Source of the DNA: the human T2T-CHM13v2.0 reference genome, Homo sapiens
DNA: 64,000 bases
Assembly (NCBI RefSeq): GCF_009914755.1
Contig: NC_060931.1
Strand: one strand, 5' to 3'
The position numbers were made by a program, and so were the translations under genes. Under the pieces are notes generated by a model. That model did not search any database, was not told where the DNA came from, and worked only from the letters and a program-made list of their open reading frames with translations. Below, piece by piece: positions 1 to 12,996 of this stretch (the first letter of the stretch is position 1; each line of letters starts with the position of its first letter).

Positions 1-276
1 CATTAAAATGTGCTGAATGACTGAATGATCCCTGTGCTATGGTGCAGCCTTGTACATTTCCTGCAAGGAGCAGAGACTTGTGCAATGCGGGTGTTGGCAG
101 GGTCTGTTTCCTGAAGAAGCTGAGGTATCTCAGCTGGCCCTGAAGATTGGGGTGTTACTTGATTTGCTGAGAAGCCAAAAATGCCCAAATAGCAAATATG
201 TTTGATCAAAATTGATTGCACTCATCCTGCTCCAGTGAGTCCCTTTATCCCCCGGAAATCCCCTGCCTGCTTCCCC

Positions 277-556
277 TGTTAGAAAAGCAGGAGCCTGGGA
301 GAGCCAGGGTAATGACATTTTAAGTTCAGCTCCATCTTGAGACTAATGAGGTACATTCCTTGCCAGTCACGACCCATGGTCATAAGATGTGCAAAGCCAA
401 GGAAACAGCCTGCCGATACTTGCAAGAACACACTTCTATGACAACAGAACGTCCAGAAGTTCCAATATCCATAACAATGTATGCTTTGAGATAATTATAG
501 TTATGGTTTGATGTATTTAGGCACTAAATGCCAAGGACAGTTTTCTTTAAATTAGC
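277..556 (+). mobile_element. ERV-type LTR, 5' fragment (subfamily uncertain)
   Basis: Begins TGTTAGAAAAGCAGGAGCC and resembles recalled ERV LTR consensus blocks (CTCCATCTT, CATTCCTTGCCAGTCACGACCCATGGTC, GATAATTATAGTTATG); truncated at about 556. Confidence 0.5.
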
Positions 557-1039
557 CACAAAGGGGTCTCCTCCCATGGTGCTGGTCAGGCCAGGGTATC
601 AGGGGTCAGCGGTCAGGTGGCACCTGGGGCTCAGGGTGGAGTGAGTTGTGGGCAGGGGCGGGGAAGGGAGCTGGCACATCTGGGCCCCTGATTCATAGCT
701 CAGCACCCCCAGGGACCAAGCAGAGCAGGGCAGGACCCAGGTCGTCTGGGAGACTCAGATGAGTGCCCTTTTCCTCTGAGCAGAGAGTCTGGGTCCAGCT
801 GGCCTTTGTTGTACTATTGGAGATGGAATGCTCTGGAGGCACCCCCTTTTTATCCATGCACGCTCCCTGGACTTCAGATGGGCCTCTCATGGGGACCCCA
901 CCACCTGGCTGACATGCTGTCCTCTCCCATGGGGGCCTCATGGCAGGTTTGGGCTCCAGCTTTGCATCAAATGAAGGCCCATGAAGGCCCGGGACCTGCC
1001 CTGCCACCCTGTCCTAAAGTGCCGAAGTGGATGCATGGG

Positions 1040-1135
1040 CGAGGCATTCAAACCACTCTGTCACTTGCATGACTTGGGGCCCACTTTGCAACGTAGGTTC
1101 TCCGAGACTCACATTCCCCATCTGTCAGGTGGAGA
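1040..1135 (+). mobile_element. MIR fragment
   Basis: Degenerate MIR core: tgacttgggg...gagactcacattccccatctgtcaggtgg. Confidence 0.45.
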
Positions 1136-1440
1136 GAAGGGAGTCGGGTGAGGAGCCGGCTCTCCATCGCCCCCAGGCCTGGCCCATAGCCTGCTGCTCC
1201 TGCCAGCTTGGCCCTGGCTCTGGGTTGACCCCTCAGCCCAGAGAGTGCGCAGAGCTGGTGTGGGCTTCTGGCCTCAGCCTGCCTTGGGGTCCTGCCTGCC
1301 CCAAAGCCCTTGGGGCCTGAGAGGGTGTGGCAGGGAGGACAGGGCCCAAGGCTCTCCATGGCCATCCACTCCCCCTGGTGCTGCATTCCTTTGCCTGCTC
1401 AGAGCCCTCTGTCCCATCCTGCAGCTCTCCCTCCCGACTT

Positions 1441-1554
1441 TCAGGGGGTGACCAGGTACTCACGAAAGGACCCTCTTCCCCAGAGCGCAGCTTCCTGTCA
1501 GGGGGTGACCGGGTGCTCATGAAAGGACCCTCTTCCCCAGAGCACAGCTTCCCG
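1441..1554. repeat. 57-bp tandem duplication (2 copies)
   Basis: 1441-1497 versus 1498-1554; 5 mismatches, all transitions. Confidence 0.95.
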
Positions 1555-2416
1555 TTCCCCTGGGTCTGAACAGGTAGGGTGTGGGGAGAGGGGAGGCAGC
1601 CCGGATAGTGTGACCACCCAGGCCAGTGGCTCTGCAGACCCCCAGGAGCACTGCAATCCTGCACCAGCTGCTCCCTGGACATGGCCACCAGATGTCTTGG
1701 GGGGGCACCTGAAATCCTCTGTCCTGAGGGGAACACGTGTGTCTCCTCACTACCTGTCCCCTGGTCACCTCAGTTTACGGCATCCCCATCCTCACCACGG
1801 GGCACCCCAGCCTCAAGTTTACACATGGGTGGCTGTCCATGGTCCTGCCTTGCACTCCCCTTTCTGTCTGATTTGCAACTCTCCCCATTGTTGAAGCCTC
1901 TGTACTGTGTGGCCTTCTCCATGCCTGTGGGCAGGGGTGACAAGGAGCAGAGCCACCTCCCACCTTGCCATTTCATGGCCTAGGGTCCTAGAGGACTCCC
2001 TGCTTTCCCAGCTAGGGGGACCGTGGGCTGGGAGGCTGGGAATCTGCATGGGGTTGAGGCAGGTGGATGGAGGAGGCAGGAAGGGTGTCTGAGGAGGAAG
2101 GAAAGTGTCTGGGAAAAGCTAAATGAGGAAAATTGAGCTGGGGAAAGAGGCCAGGAGGGTAGTGGAGGCCTGGGCATCAGTGAAGAGTCACCTGATCCTC
2201 AGGGCGGGGCCAAGAGCAGCTCCTGTCACAGCATCCTGTAGGCCAGGCCTCACTCATTACTGGGGCTGGGCTCCTCAGACACATGTGGGGTGTGGACTCA
2301 TTTGGCGGGGTGGAGAAAGGGCTGTCCCTGTCTGTATCTTGTGAGGGTTTGTTGTCACATCAGCCTATGCGGGTGTCCCCTTTTATCTACTCATGGGACC
2401 TCTGTATTCGGGGATG

Positions 2417-2690
2417 GAGTGTGCGTGTGTGCATGTGAGTGTGTATGTGTGTGAACATGTGTGCATGTTTGCATGTGAAAGCATGGGGGGCATGTCAGTG
2501 TGTGTAGTGCATGGGTAAGTGTGAGGGTAAGTGCATGTGTGTGTGTGTGTGAGTGTGTGACTGCACATGTGTGGCATGCACGCATATGAGGATGTGTGTT
2601 TTCACCCATGTGTAGAGTGTGTACAGGTGTTCAATGGTCGTGCAAGTGTGTGTACTGGGTGTGTGCATGTGGTGTGTGCACACACGTGTG
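2417..2690. repeat. Degenerate (TG)n/(TGCATG) low-complexity repeat
   Basis: Visible alternating purine-pyrimidine tract. Confidence 0.9.
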
Positions 2691-4559
2691 GTGGGGGCAC
2701 AGATGTCCCTCTTGAGCTTGCCCCCCACCCAGGCAGCATCCGTGGACATGTTGTTGTCCTTACCTGCCCTGGCCTTTGGGGGTTGCTCTCTCCTCCCCTG
2801 CCCTGTCTCTCCCTGCTCCTTCCTTGCCTGAGGCTTGGGTGAGGACTGCCCAGCCCACCTGTCCATGCCATGCTGCCAGCCCTCATCCTGCACTCAGGGC
2901 TGAGGACGTCTGAAAGCTGGATGCTCCCCAGCCCTGCCTGGAGTGAGGCCAGCCTTCTGCCTCAGCTCCCAGGGCTCTGTGGCCATCTCCCATGCCCCTC
3001 TCCCCATCCCTGCTGGGGAGTAGGAGCACCATGGTCCTCTCCTTCCCTGGACTAGCCTGTCCCCTCTTCACCTGTCCCTTTTTGCAGGAAAGGTAAGGTG
3101 TTACAAACCCTTATCTTTTGATATTTAAAGGAGTCTAGATCTTGCTACTGAAATGCTTGTTTCTCTCAATACTAGAAAAGTAGAAGCCTGAACGTCCTCC
3201 ATATGCTCTGTGTTTGCCTGGGTCAGCGAGGGTGGAAATCCTTAGGCATTCTCTGGGAGGACAGGTCATGGGTAACAGGAGTGATCGGAAATAATCGCAT
3301 CAATCAATATAGCAAAAGAGTATATTATATTTATGCATAGAGCTGTATGTGCCAGATTCTGACTTATTTCAAGCTGTTAGGCTTTACTGAGAACTACTTT
3401 CAAGAGGAGAACAAAAACTATAAATCATTTTCAGACTATTTATCCATGACAAGTCTTATCAATCCCCAAATTTGGAAGTTAAAATAGTGGCATAATAAGA
3501 ACAACTCCATGTCAAAAGGACTTCCTACTTGTGTTTGTTCTGATATGAACCGTCCTGCCTCAGTGGATAGGAGAGTGGAAGCTGTCATGGAGCTTGGGGA
3601 GGGTGTGCGTGGAGAAGGGCCTGCTCCGTGGGGTGGGGAATCCTAAAGAGCCCACCTCACAGTGTGAGCGGCCCAGTGCCGTATGCCCCTGACACTGGCT
3701 GGCATGCCATGGGGAGAGCTTCCTTGGTGAAGGAAGCAGCATGTTGATTTACATTCCAGGTCAGACCATGTCCCATCTTTCTCACCATTAGGAACACTAA
3801 CGAACGAATGTGGCCTTCCACCCCTGTTTGAGAGGTGCTTCTGGGCCTCCCTCTACTCACTCCATGGTTCCACTCTGCAGCAGAGCCACCCAGAGACTTC
3901 AGGGTGTGGGGAGATTTGAAAAGAAATCGGCCATGTTTATCTGAGCTCAAGAAAAATAACCCAAACCTTTTTCTGAAATATGCTTTTATCCTCCCAGTTC
4001 TATGTCTGTCATAAAGGCACAGCAGACAATCAGCACATGTAACTCTTCAGGAATGGGAACCAACACGTTGTCTGAGAGGGTTTTCTTTCCTGCTTGAAGA
4101 TTCTAGCATGTAGTGTTTTTTTCCTTGGGAGCTTTGTATTTAAGGTTGGAGGAGCTGAGGCAATTTTTCTGGAGAGCAGATTATATCTTCTATTAGTCCA
4201 GGTTGGTTTCAAGGACGAGGTGAGCGAGAGCGTTGTCCAGGCCCTGCTGCATTCCAAGGGCAGTTCAGGGACTTGTACAGCAGGGTTGTGTGGTATCCCT
4301 GGTGGTCCAGACTGTCCTGGCTAGGCTGGCAGAGGTGGATCAGTCTCATTGCCACAGATGCCCACAGCTAGATGCCTGGTTCATGCTTGCTATTGGACCG
4401 TGTGCCTGGTCAGTCAGCTTATGCACTAGGTTCCCCTGTGGCCGAGGCTTTGCTAAGCAAAATCATTCTGTGTTGTCTTAGGGACTTCTGCGCTGGTCAC
4501 AGTGGGGAACTTGTATGTCCTTACTAAGTTGAGCCCACTGAACTCCTGAAACACCTCTC

Positions 4560-4695
4560 AAATTTATTCCAGAAGAAGAAAGAAAAAAACGGAGTAAGGG
4601 CAACATTTGAAGAGATAATAACTGAGAAATTTCCAGAATGTATGAAAGATGCCTTCCCATAGACTCAAGAGACCAGTAAATTCCAAGTAGAAGAA
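4560..4695 (+). mobile_element. Ancient L1 ORF1 fragment
   Basis: Translates as IPEEERKNGVRATFEEIITEKFPECMKD, similar to L1 ORF1 VPEGEERENGAEAIFEEIMAENFPELMKD. Confidence 0.75.
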
Positions 4696-4859
4696 CTGAA
4701 AATGGAGCCCAGCTTGAGGAACCCATGGCTCAGAAGGTGGGGTCCAGTCCCACCCGCCCCACAGCCCGGCATGCTGAGTCTGAGACGCATGTGGAGCTCC
4801 CGGCAGTGATGCTAGGGTACGGTCTGCAGCTCAGAGGGTGACACATTTGGGGTAGCTGG

Positions 4860-5135
4860 CATTCAGAGGGCTACTGAGATGTGGCAGGGGTGAGGTCCCC
4901 TGTGGAGGTACAGATGAGAGTGAGGTGGGCATGGGATCAAGCCCTGTAGGGTTCTGGCATTTAGAGGTAGAAGAGAGGAGGACAGGGTGGCAGGTGGAGG
5001 AGGCCCAGGGGGGATGGATCCCTGGAACCCAGAGCAGTTCCAGCTGCTAAAGCAGCAACAGCATCTGCTTCTGCCCAGAGGCCAGGTAAGGTGAGGCTGA
5101 AGACGTCTATTGAATCCAGCAACCCAGAGGTCCCT
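4860..5135 (-). mobile_element. L2 fragment
   Basis: catttagaggtagaagagaggagg...aggtaaggtgaggctgaagacgtctattgaatccagcaac, typical antisense L2. Confidence 0.6.
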
Positions 5136-6326
5136 TTTGGCAATGCCATTTCTTACAGACATAACAACTCTAAGTGATCCCCTTTCTTTTGGAGATTTAT
5201 TATAGCATTTGTTATTTTATTTGCAGTTTTCTTCTCTATTATGCCTGGGAGCAGTTATTAAAGTGCAGAGCTCTTCAGAAAAGGCTGAGAATCAGCCTAC
5301 ATTAGCATTTCCATAAAATCGCCCTCTCTGAGGCTTATGAGGCTTATACGGGAGACCAGGGAGACCACGAGGGCTGTTCGACCCTGGCTGCCCCTCTTTG
5401 CACCTGTGAGTCATGGCACACCGAGGCCCTGAGGGCATGAGGCACAGGGTCTGTGGGGGAAGTGGGACACCCTGGGTCCACTGTCCACTCTGCTATTTGG
5501 TGATTGGGTTGAGCTGGGCTGCAGTGTGAGTAAAAATAATTTTCTCTCTGGACTACCCCAATCTGTAGGGCATGATTCTCCAGGGATTTCCACTGAAAAC
5601 CTGTCTCTGTGTTCTCGACACAGAGAAATTGCAAACATTATTTCTTTCCGTTTTAAAGGTCTTAAGCTTTTCTTATTAATGTTCCGTCCCCCATAGCCTC
5701 AGAATGTGGGGAGAGACTGGCTGTGTTTAATGGTCCTGAAATCTACAGTTTGTCAACCATTGGGCACTGCTTTTTCTGCCTTAAACAGCAGCCCCTCCTG
5801 GCCTGTTGGTCCCGAGCCATGCTCAGGTCACCACACGCCCTCAAGCCTGCATGCTCATCAGCACTTCCTCCAGGGCTTCGACACCTGCCTCTTGTTCTTA
5901 CAGCCCTTCGGGTCTGTCTCCTTGGCACCTGCAGCCAGGAGAAACCCTGTCCATCTTAGAGACTTTCCTTAGCTCTTTAGCCCCAGCCTGTGCAGCCTCG
6001 TGGCCTCAGCATGCAGCGTATTTCCAGGGTAAGCAGCCCCTGCACTCTGCAGCCCTGTATGCAATGCTGCACTCAGCAACATGTGACCTCCAAAAGCTCT
6101 GCCCTGGTTCTGCCGCCAGCAGCAGCCTCTGCCTGGGGAAAGGCAGCCACCCCTTACCTCTGGGACTTCCTCCTGATTTTACCCAGAGTCTTTGCTGCCT
6201 TCATAGCTCATGGACGCCCCTAAGTCAGTGATGGCTGTAATTTGCTCTCTTGCTCCAGCTGCTCTCAGTGGAAGCATTTCTGCCAATAACTGCTCCTTCC
6301 TAACAGGAATTGGAGGTCCATGCCTC

Positions 6327-6352
6327 TTTTTTTTTTTTTTTTTTTTTTTTTT
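6327..6352. repeat. Poly(T) tract (26 nt)
   Basis: Pure T run, no evident TSD, followed by CAG. Confidence 0.95.
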
Positions 6353-7502
6353 CAGAGAGCTACTGAGATGTGGCCAGACCCTTTCCCTTAAAGAAGTTAG
6401 GTCTGGGTCAATGCATTTACCACACATACTTTAATTATAAACCCCATACCTACCAATCCTGCAAGGCTAGCTTAATCATCTCCTTTTCACAGCTGCAATA
6501 ACTGATAAGCAAGTTGGTGGGTGCAGGTTTGGCCGTGAGCCCCGCTTTCCACCACGCCACCTCCTGGGAGATAGAGAGTGGAGGGGTGTCTCAGTGAGGG
6601 ACAACGCAAATACATAGAACAGACATTTTCATAAACTACTGACCATACTGAAAGCTTTTAGGTCACTTTCTGGTCTTTATGCTACAAGGCCCTTGAAATG
6701 TGTCACTTTAATCACATAAAGACAGTAGTCTGATTACATCTATGATTTCCATTGTCCCCTGAAAATTCACAATCGCTTCTGCTTTCCTTATGGGTGTGTA
6801 GATAGCACAAAAGCAATTTCTTTTTTTTCCCTTGCATTAACTTGAGGATCATTATTCACTAAGAAAAAAGTTTGCTTAATTAATGTCACTAAATTTTTTT
6901 TGTAGTCATCTCGATAAAAAAATGTAGCTGTGGGAATGTTTTCTTTTAATTATTATTGCATTCTGAGATAGCTAATATCACTCTTGTTATTTTGGGTCGG
7001 CGAAGGGAAGAAGAATTCCTGGATGTTTATTTGGAAAGGTTGGGGAATGCTGGAGGCAGCTCTTCATGGGCGTAAACACATTAACATTTTCCGGAGAGAG
7101 GACAGGATGTGGGGATGGTTGAGTTCCACAGTCAGTTCAGCGAGACTACATTGTCATCTTTTAATTCTCCTTTATATCAACTGACAATGCAAAATTATTT
7201 GTTTAAATTGAGCATTGTCACTAAAAACAGTGAGACCCAGGCTTGTATTTGAGTCCAAAATTTGCCACTTTGCAAACCTTTGCTTTGTAGATGCAAACTC
7301 TAAATTCATTGTATCAACTATTGATCCCCTATGGCATGAAGATGAAAATGAAAATCTTAAGACCTTCCCTTAAGCCATTCTGGTGAATTAAATAGATACT
7401 TGCTTGAAAAAAACACAAAATATAATTGTTGTAATGATTGTTATTGTTTTGTTTCATTTAGAGTTTATGTTAACCCCAGTCTTTTCCCTGCAACAAAAGG
7501 GG

Positions 7503-7516
7503 ACACACACACACAC

Positions 7517-7555
<39 letters not shown>

Positions 7556-7580
7556 GAGAGACAGAGAGAGAAAGAGAGAA
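7503..7580. repeat. (CA)n(GA)n compound microsatellite
   Basis: Visible directly. Confidence 0.95.
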
Positions 7581-9230
7581 GAACAAGAGCAAGGGAGCTG
7601 TCCAAAATTTGCAGACCCCTGAAATCTGTCCTTGGCTTCAGTTGGGGGATCTTGGCCCCCTACATTGGTCACCTGCCAGCCCGGAGTAGGGGATGAGGGG
7701 ATGACTCAGGTCTGCAGAGTGTTGTGGGCAAGACCGTGCCTGGGGTTCAGGCTTCTGTACCATCCAGAGAGCTCTACCCTGTCAGGCCACTTAGGACCAT
7801 GACACCTGAGGCAAGAAGTCGGGGTGCAGGGGGACCTGGACAAGGCAACTCAGCCTCTGAAGGAGCCCACACTCCCAGGATGAATTCCTCAGCCAGGGAT
7901 AAAATGTTGCTTCCTGTTTAGGGCCCCCTGTTCCTATTTTCTACCTCCCAATTTCTGCCACTTTTGTAGGAGGTAATAAACCAAGTCCCCTGAGGCGTCC
8001 CTCCCTAGAAGCAAACTGAACCATTACAAAGTGATGTTGGAGCAACCAGGAACACAGAGGAGGCTAATTCTTCCCTTCTCTATGAAATAGAATAGCTACA
8101 TCCACTTTTGACAGCCTTAGTCAGAACAAGTCCTACCAGTCCCTCCACCTAGGGCCCTGCTTTGAAGTGGCTGCATCCTAAGCCTGTCACTTCGATGTTG
8201 TAGCTGGAGCCTTGGGCTAGGGATTTTATACCAGCATCCCCTCTAGGAGAAGAGTTACACACTGTTGTCTGGGGGCTTTGACCCATCCTAGTATCACCCT
8301 TGCAATATTAACTCAATGAATTTATAGGAGAGGCCAAACTTAAGATGAATAAGAATCCAGCCAGTTTTCCCAGACCAAGCCCCCAAATCTCATGGTGAAT
8401 GAGTGCTGATGAGGTGTGGCTGGACTGAAGGATGAGAGCTTCAGGGACCCTGGAGGGAGTGTATCACCAGCAAGGTGGGAAGGCTGTGGGCCCCGAGCTG
8501 ATAGCTTTCCATGGCTCTAAGATGGCCCATGCTTCCCTAGTCTCCCTGTGGAGACCAGGTGCATCTCAAGTGTGGAGTGCTTTGGGGACATTGGAGGCTG
8601 TTGCTGGGACTCACGTGTCTGCTCTCTGCTGGTGTCTCTCCTGTGTTGTTTCCTGAACTGTATCTTTTCTAAAAGTGAATTAAACTTGGTTTGGAGTGAA
8701 GGCTCTTCTTTGTCAGGAGTTTGAATGTCAACTCAGGATGATTCTAGGCAGGTGACCACCCTTTGCCTTGTGTTTCTAACTGATCTCTTGCTTGCCATCA
8801 TTGAGAAACCTCTAACCTTCCAGTCAAAGACCTTCCCATCTCCCCCATCTCATCTGGCTCCTGGCCTGGCCATCTTTCACTTCTGAGGAGGTGGAGGTGC
8901 GTATTCTAGAAGCACAGAGAGAGTGTGGCCGTCTCAACAGGAACATTTGGAAATGTTTTCTGAGGATTCGTCCTTTTACCTGGACTTTGAAGACAGGGTC
9001 ACAAGGTGAGAGTGAGACCTGGCTGAGTTATGGGGGTGCTCTGCCTGCATGGAAGTGTGCACCCCACTGTGGGAGGTGTCCTCAGGCCATTCTCTGACCA
9101 GGGGCCTCTCACTTCAAAGCATTTGGGATGGAAAGTTGCCATGCTGCAGATTTTGAACAAGGCTGGCCTTGATTCAATTAGTCTGTGGAGTAAATTGTAT
9201 GTGAGTGTGAAATAGTCATTGAATAGGCGC

Positions 9231-9504
9231 TTTTTTTTGAGATGGAGTTTCGCTCTTGTTGCCCAGGCTGGAGTGCGATGGTGTGATCTTGGCTCACTGC
9301 AACCTCACCTCCTGGTTCAAGTGATCCTCCTGCCTCAGCCTCTCGAGTACCTGGGATTACAGGCATGTGCCACCACACTCAGTTAATTTTGTATTTTTAG
9401 TAGAGACGGGGTTTCTCCATGTTGGTCAGGCTGGTCTTGGTGATCCGCCTGCCTCAGCCTCCCAAAGTGTTGGGATTATAGGCATGAGCCACCACGCCCG
9501 GGCC
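9231..9504 (-). mobile_element. AluS (Sp/Sq-like) with small internal deletion
   Basis: Alu sequence with tttcgctcttgttgccc and gtttctccatgttggtc; 16-bp TSD ttgaataggc(g/a)ctttt at 9219-9234 and 9505-9520. Confidence 0.95.
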
Positions 9505-9565
9505 TTGAATAGGCACTTTTGAAGCTTGTCTCTCCTATATGTTTTCAACAATTTACTTTTGTTTC

Positions 9566-10015
9566 GGTCAACTTAAATAACCAACAGAGAAACGTTCTTT
9601 AAAGAAAATGATGTTTATTCAGGAATAGGGCATTGCAACGGAATACACATGCCATAATAAACTGTGTGTGTATTCAGGGAGGTAAAGGAAGACAAAGGTT
9701 TTTAAAGGAAAAATGAGGAGGATTACAGAATTGTTTTGAAATAATTATCCTAGGCTACAAGGATCGATAATAAGGTGACATCAGATCTGAGGCTGGACAC
9801 ACAGCTGCTCGGCAGATGTCACTGCAAAAGTATTTTTTTGTGTATGGTTGTGATGGACTTTGTGCAAGGTTGTGGTTTTTGCAGAGTCTTTTGTGGTAGT
9901 TTTAACAGATATACAAGCATGAGAACCCTGTCTTCATAGCCTTCTCTGGCCCTATTTGTCAGTTTTTTTTTTTTTAAACGCGAGTGGCTCCATTTTGATT
10001 CTGATACCTTTCACA
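9566..10015 (-). mobile_element. MER65-like ERV1 solo LTR
   Basis: Reverse complement starts TGTGAAAGGTATCAGAATCAAAATGGAG; homologous to 12997-13424; 4-bp TSD tttc/gttc. Confidence 0.85.
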
Positions 10016-10359
10016 GTTCTCGTATAGTGGGTGCTCTTTGACTGGCTTGAGAATGGACACTTTCACCCCATGCCTAAATCAACAGTCACGGTTTGATGCC
10101 TTGGGTCTTATTTGCAATTGCTACTTCATGGTTCACACCATGGAGCTGTGTAGTGAGGGTGCCATGCCTCTTCTTTTCTCCTCAGTCATCTCATTAAGTT
10201 ACTTTCATAAATCATAATTTCTCATTTATCTTCTTTGTTCCTCTGTCAGCACCAAAAGGAAGAGAAAGTGTCACAGGATTTACCAGGTTAACATTTGGTG
10301 CTCCTGTGTTCTCATGATTTCCTCTGAGATTAAATCTCTAGCTTACTAAAAAACAAATT

Positions 10360-12700
10360 AGAGAGACTTCCTAGTAAAGAGGGTGTAATGAACCCAGTTC
10401 TTAGAACCTCCCTCCCTCAATTCCTGATGGAATTATTAAACAGTAGAAACACTAGCAAAATTTCCATTATCAAGTAAAGAGGTGTAAACTCATGCCATAG
10501 CATTCAAGAATGGTAGCCAAGGAAAGAAACAGAAGATTTTCAGACAGCATCTAACTCCTTCACAGCTCCTCAGAGGCCATACGGGGAAGAGAAGCAGCAG
10601 CCACACAGTCCTAACAGTTCTCATGTGTGTTCTCCGATCACGGGAGAAGTGGACATGGGGAAGTTTCAGGTGTAGGAGCTCTTACCCACTCCTGTGGAGT
10701 CTCAATACCTCTGCAAAGGCAGGAAAAGTACTAGGTTTTGACATTTTCTGGGACTGCACACTGAGTTAAGGAAAATGCCCAAACTGATATCCACCATGAA
10801 GTTGATACTGCCCTGAGTAACAGAGTGACATTTAGTGCAATTTCACTGAAAAGACAGCAGAACTCAGAAAATCCAATAAAGCCTAACAGAACAAGACAGC
10901 AGGGAAGTTTTAGAGCTTATAATATCAAGTGAGTACGAAAAAACAGCACCCTTATATAACTAAAAATATACACAAGGAACAGACTATATCTGGCTAAAAT
11001 TTAATCAACTCTTCTAGAGGAAAGGCTTGAAATTACTGCGAACACATAGGTGTTGTAGAGAGATATGAAAGCAATTTGAAAAAACAGAACAGATTTGATA
11101 ATTAGACATAGATGATCCAATATAAATAAAATTTAAAATGTATGAACCTGAATTAGAAAACCCAATCAATGAATAGAAAGTGTTTTCAAAGTGTAATAGA
11201 AAAAAATTCTTGAAATTAAGGTAACTTGAATATAGATTTATATTGAATTTATATTGAAACCTGAATATAGATTTATAGTTGCACATCTTCAATCTATAAG
11301 ATGAACCTGAATATAAATGTATATGTGAGTGTGAAATAGTACATTGAACAGGCACTTTTGAAACTTGCCTCTTCGATATTTCCAACAATTTACTTAGGGT
11401 TCGGTCAACTTAAATAACCAACAGAGAGAGGTTCTCTAAAGAAAATGATGTTTATTCAGGAATAGGGCATTGCAACGGAATACACATGACTTAATAAACC
11501 ATGTGTGCATTCAGGGAGGTAAAGGAAGACATAGGTTTTTAAAGGAAAAATGAGGAGGATTACAGAATTGTTTTGAAATAATTATCCTAGGCTACAAGGA
11601 TCAATAATAAGGTGACACCAGATCTGAATATATATAAATCTATATTCAGGTTCATCTTACAGACTGAAGATGTACAACTAGGAAATACCCTAGAAAAAAT
11701 TATTAAATGGTTGTATTATTAAGATAACATTTTTTTAAAAAAATTATTAAACTTTAAGAGAAAAAAGTATTTAGGTTTTGAGGAAAAAAATGCAATATAG
11801 GTAGAGAAAAAAATCAGGTTGACCACATATTTCTTAGTAATATTAATAATATTCAATGCGAAAGACAACTGAGCAAATATCTGGGGCAATTAAACTGCTA
11901 CCTTTAAATGTTAAACCCAGTAAAATTATTATTAGCTATAAAAGCAATAGCTATAAAAGTTAATAGCTATAAAAGCAATAGCATTCTTAAAGGTCTCAAG
12001 AAATACAGGACCAATGAGTGCTTTCCTAAAAAGCAAGTCCTGTGAAGCAAGGCAGTGGACTCCAAGGTGAGTGAAGTGGCAGAAGTGGATGAGCTGGGGC
12101 TGTGCTCAAGGCTGGAGGTGACTGACCAGTGGCCAGGGAAGGAAGGCAGACCCAGGAACCTTATACCCAGCCAATGTTTCTTTCAAATACTAAGGCCATA
12201 GACAGACATTCTCAAGTGAGCAAATCTCAGAGAAGAGATCACCCATGTACCTTTCCTAAAAAAAGGTACCATGAAATCCAGCACACAAGATGAATAAAAA
12301 TGTAGAAAAGATGAATAAAAATGAATAAAATAAAAAGTAAAAATGAATGAAAGATGAACAAAAAGTTGAATAAGAATATAAAAATGAACAAAATAACTGG
12401 AAGAGTATATTGAATACAGAGAACATAATTCATATGGGACATTTTGGTTATCGAATTGAATACAAATGCCTTAATCCAGGACGAAACATAACATTTTCAA
12501 ACAATATATAAGTAGGTGGAGATAGGTGGAGTAAGTACTAATTTTCTCATCACTCTTAACTCTTAATGTTTTGTGTATTTAAAACATCTTTTAGAAATCC
12601 AGATGATCTCTTCTGATGAATAAATGTTTATTTGAGACTTAGCATTTAATTGTTTCACCCCAGTTTCTTTTAAAGATATATTGCAAGTAAATTCAATTTA
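10360..12700 (+). mobile_element. Ancient L1M 5' region/ORF1 relic (interrupted)
   Basis: A-rich, ORF1-like segments at about 11080-11230 and 11650-12010; boundaries approximate. Confidence 0.6.
11315..11627 (+). repeat. Local copy of 9190-9790 lacking the Alu (unique flank plus MER65 LTR end)
   Basis: Colinear match, e.g. tcggtcaacttaaataaccaacagag at 9564 and 11401; it spans the LTR/flank junction, so it is not an independent LTR. Confidence 0.95.
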
Positions 12701-12751
12701 AACATTTTAAAATTAAAGTTAGTATGTTTAGGATGATTCCATCTTAATACA

Positions 12752-12802
<51 letters not shown>

Positions 12803-12832
12803 ATCTATCTATCCATCATCTATCATCTATCC

Positions 12833-12879
<47 letters not shown>

Positions 12880-12996
12880 ATCTATCTTCTATCTCTATCA
12901 TTTAACTTCTATCTAATCTATCATCTATCTATATTATCTATCTATCTGTCTATCTATCTATCTATCATCTATCTACCTATCTACCATCTATTTATC
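12752..12996. repeat. Complex (TCTA)n/(GATA)n STR
   Basis: Visible directly. Confidence 0.95.

Noticed and set aside
8420-8760. Possible old ERVL-type LTR
   Set aside because: Only a vague LTR-like 3' end; termini and TSD not identifiable
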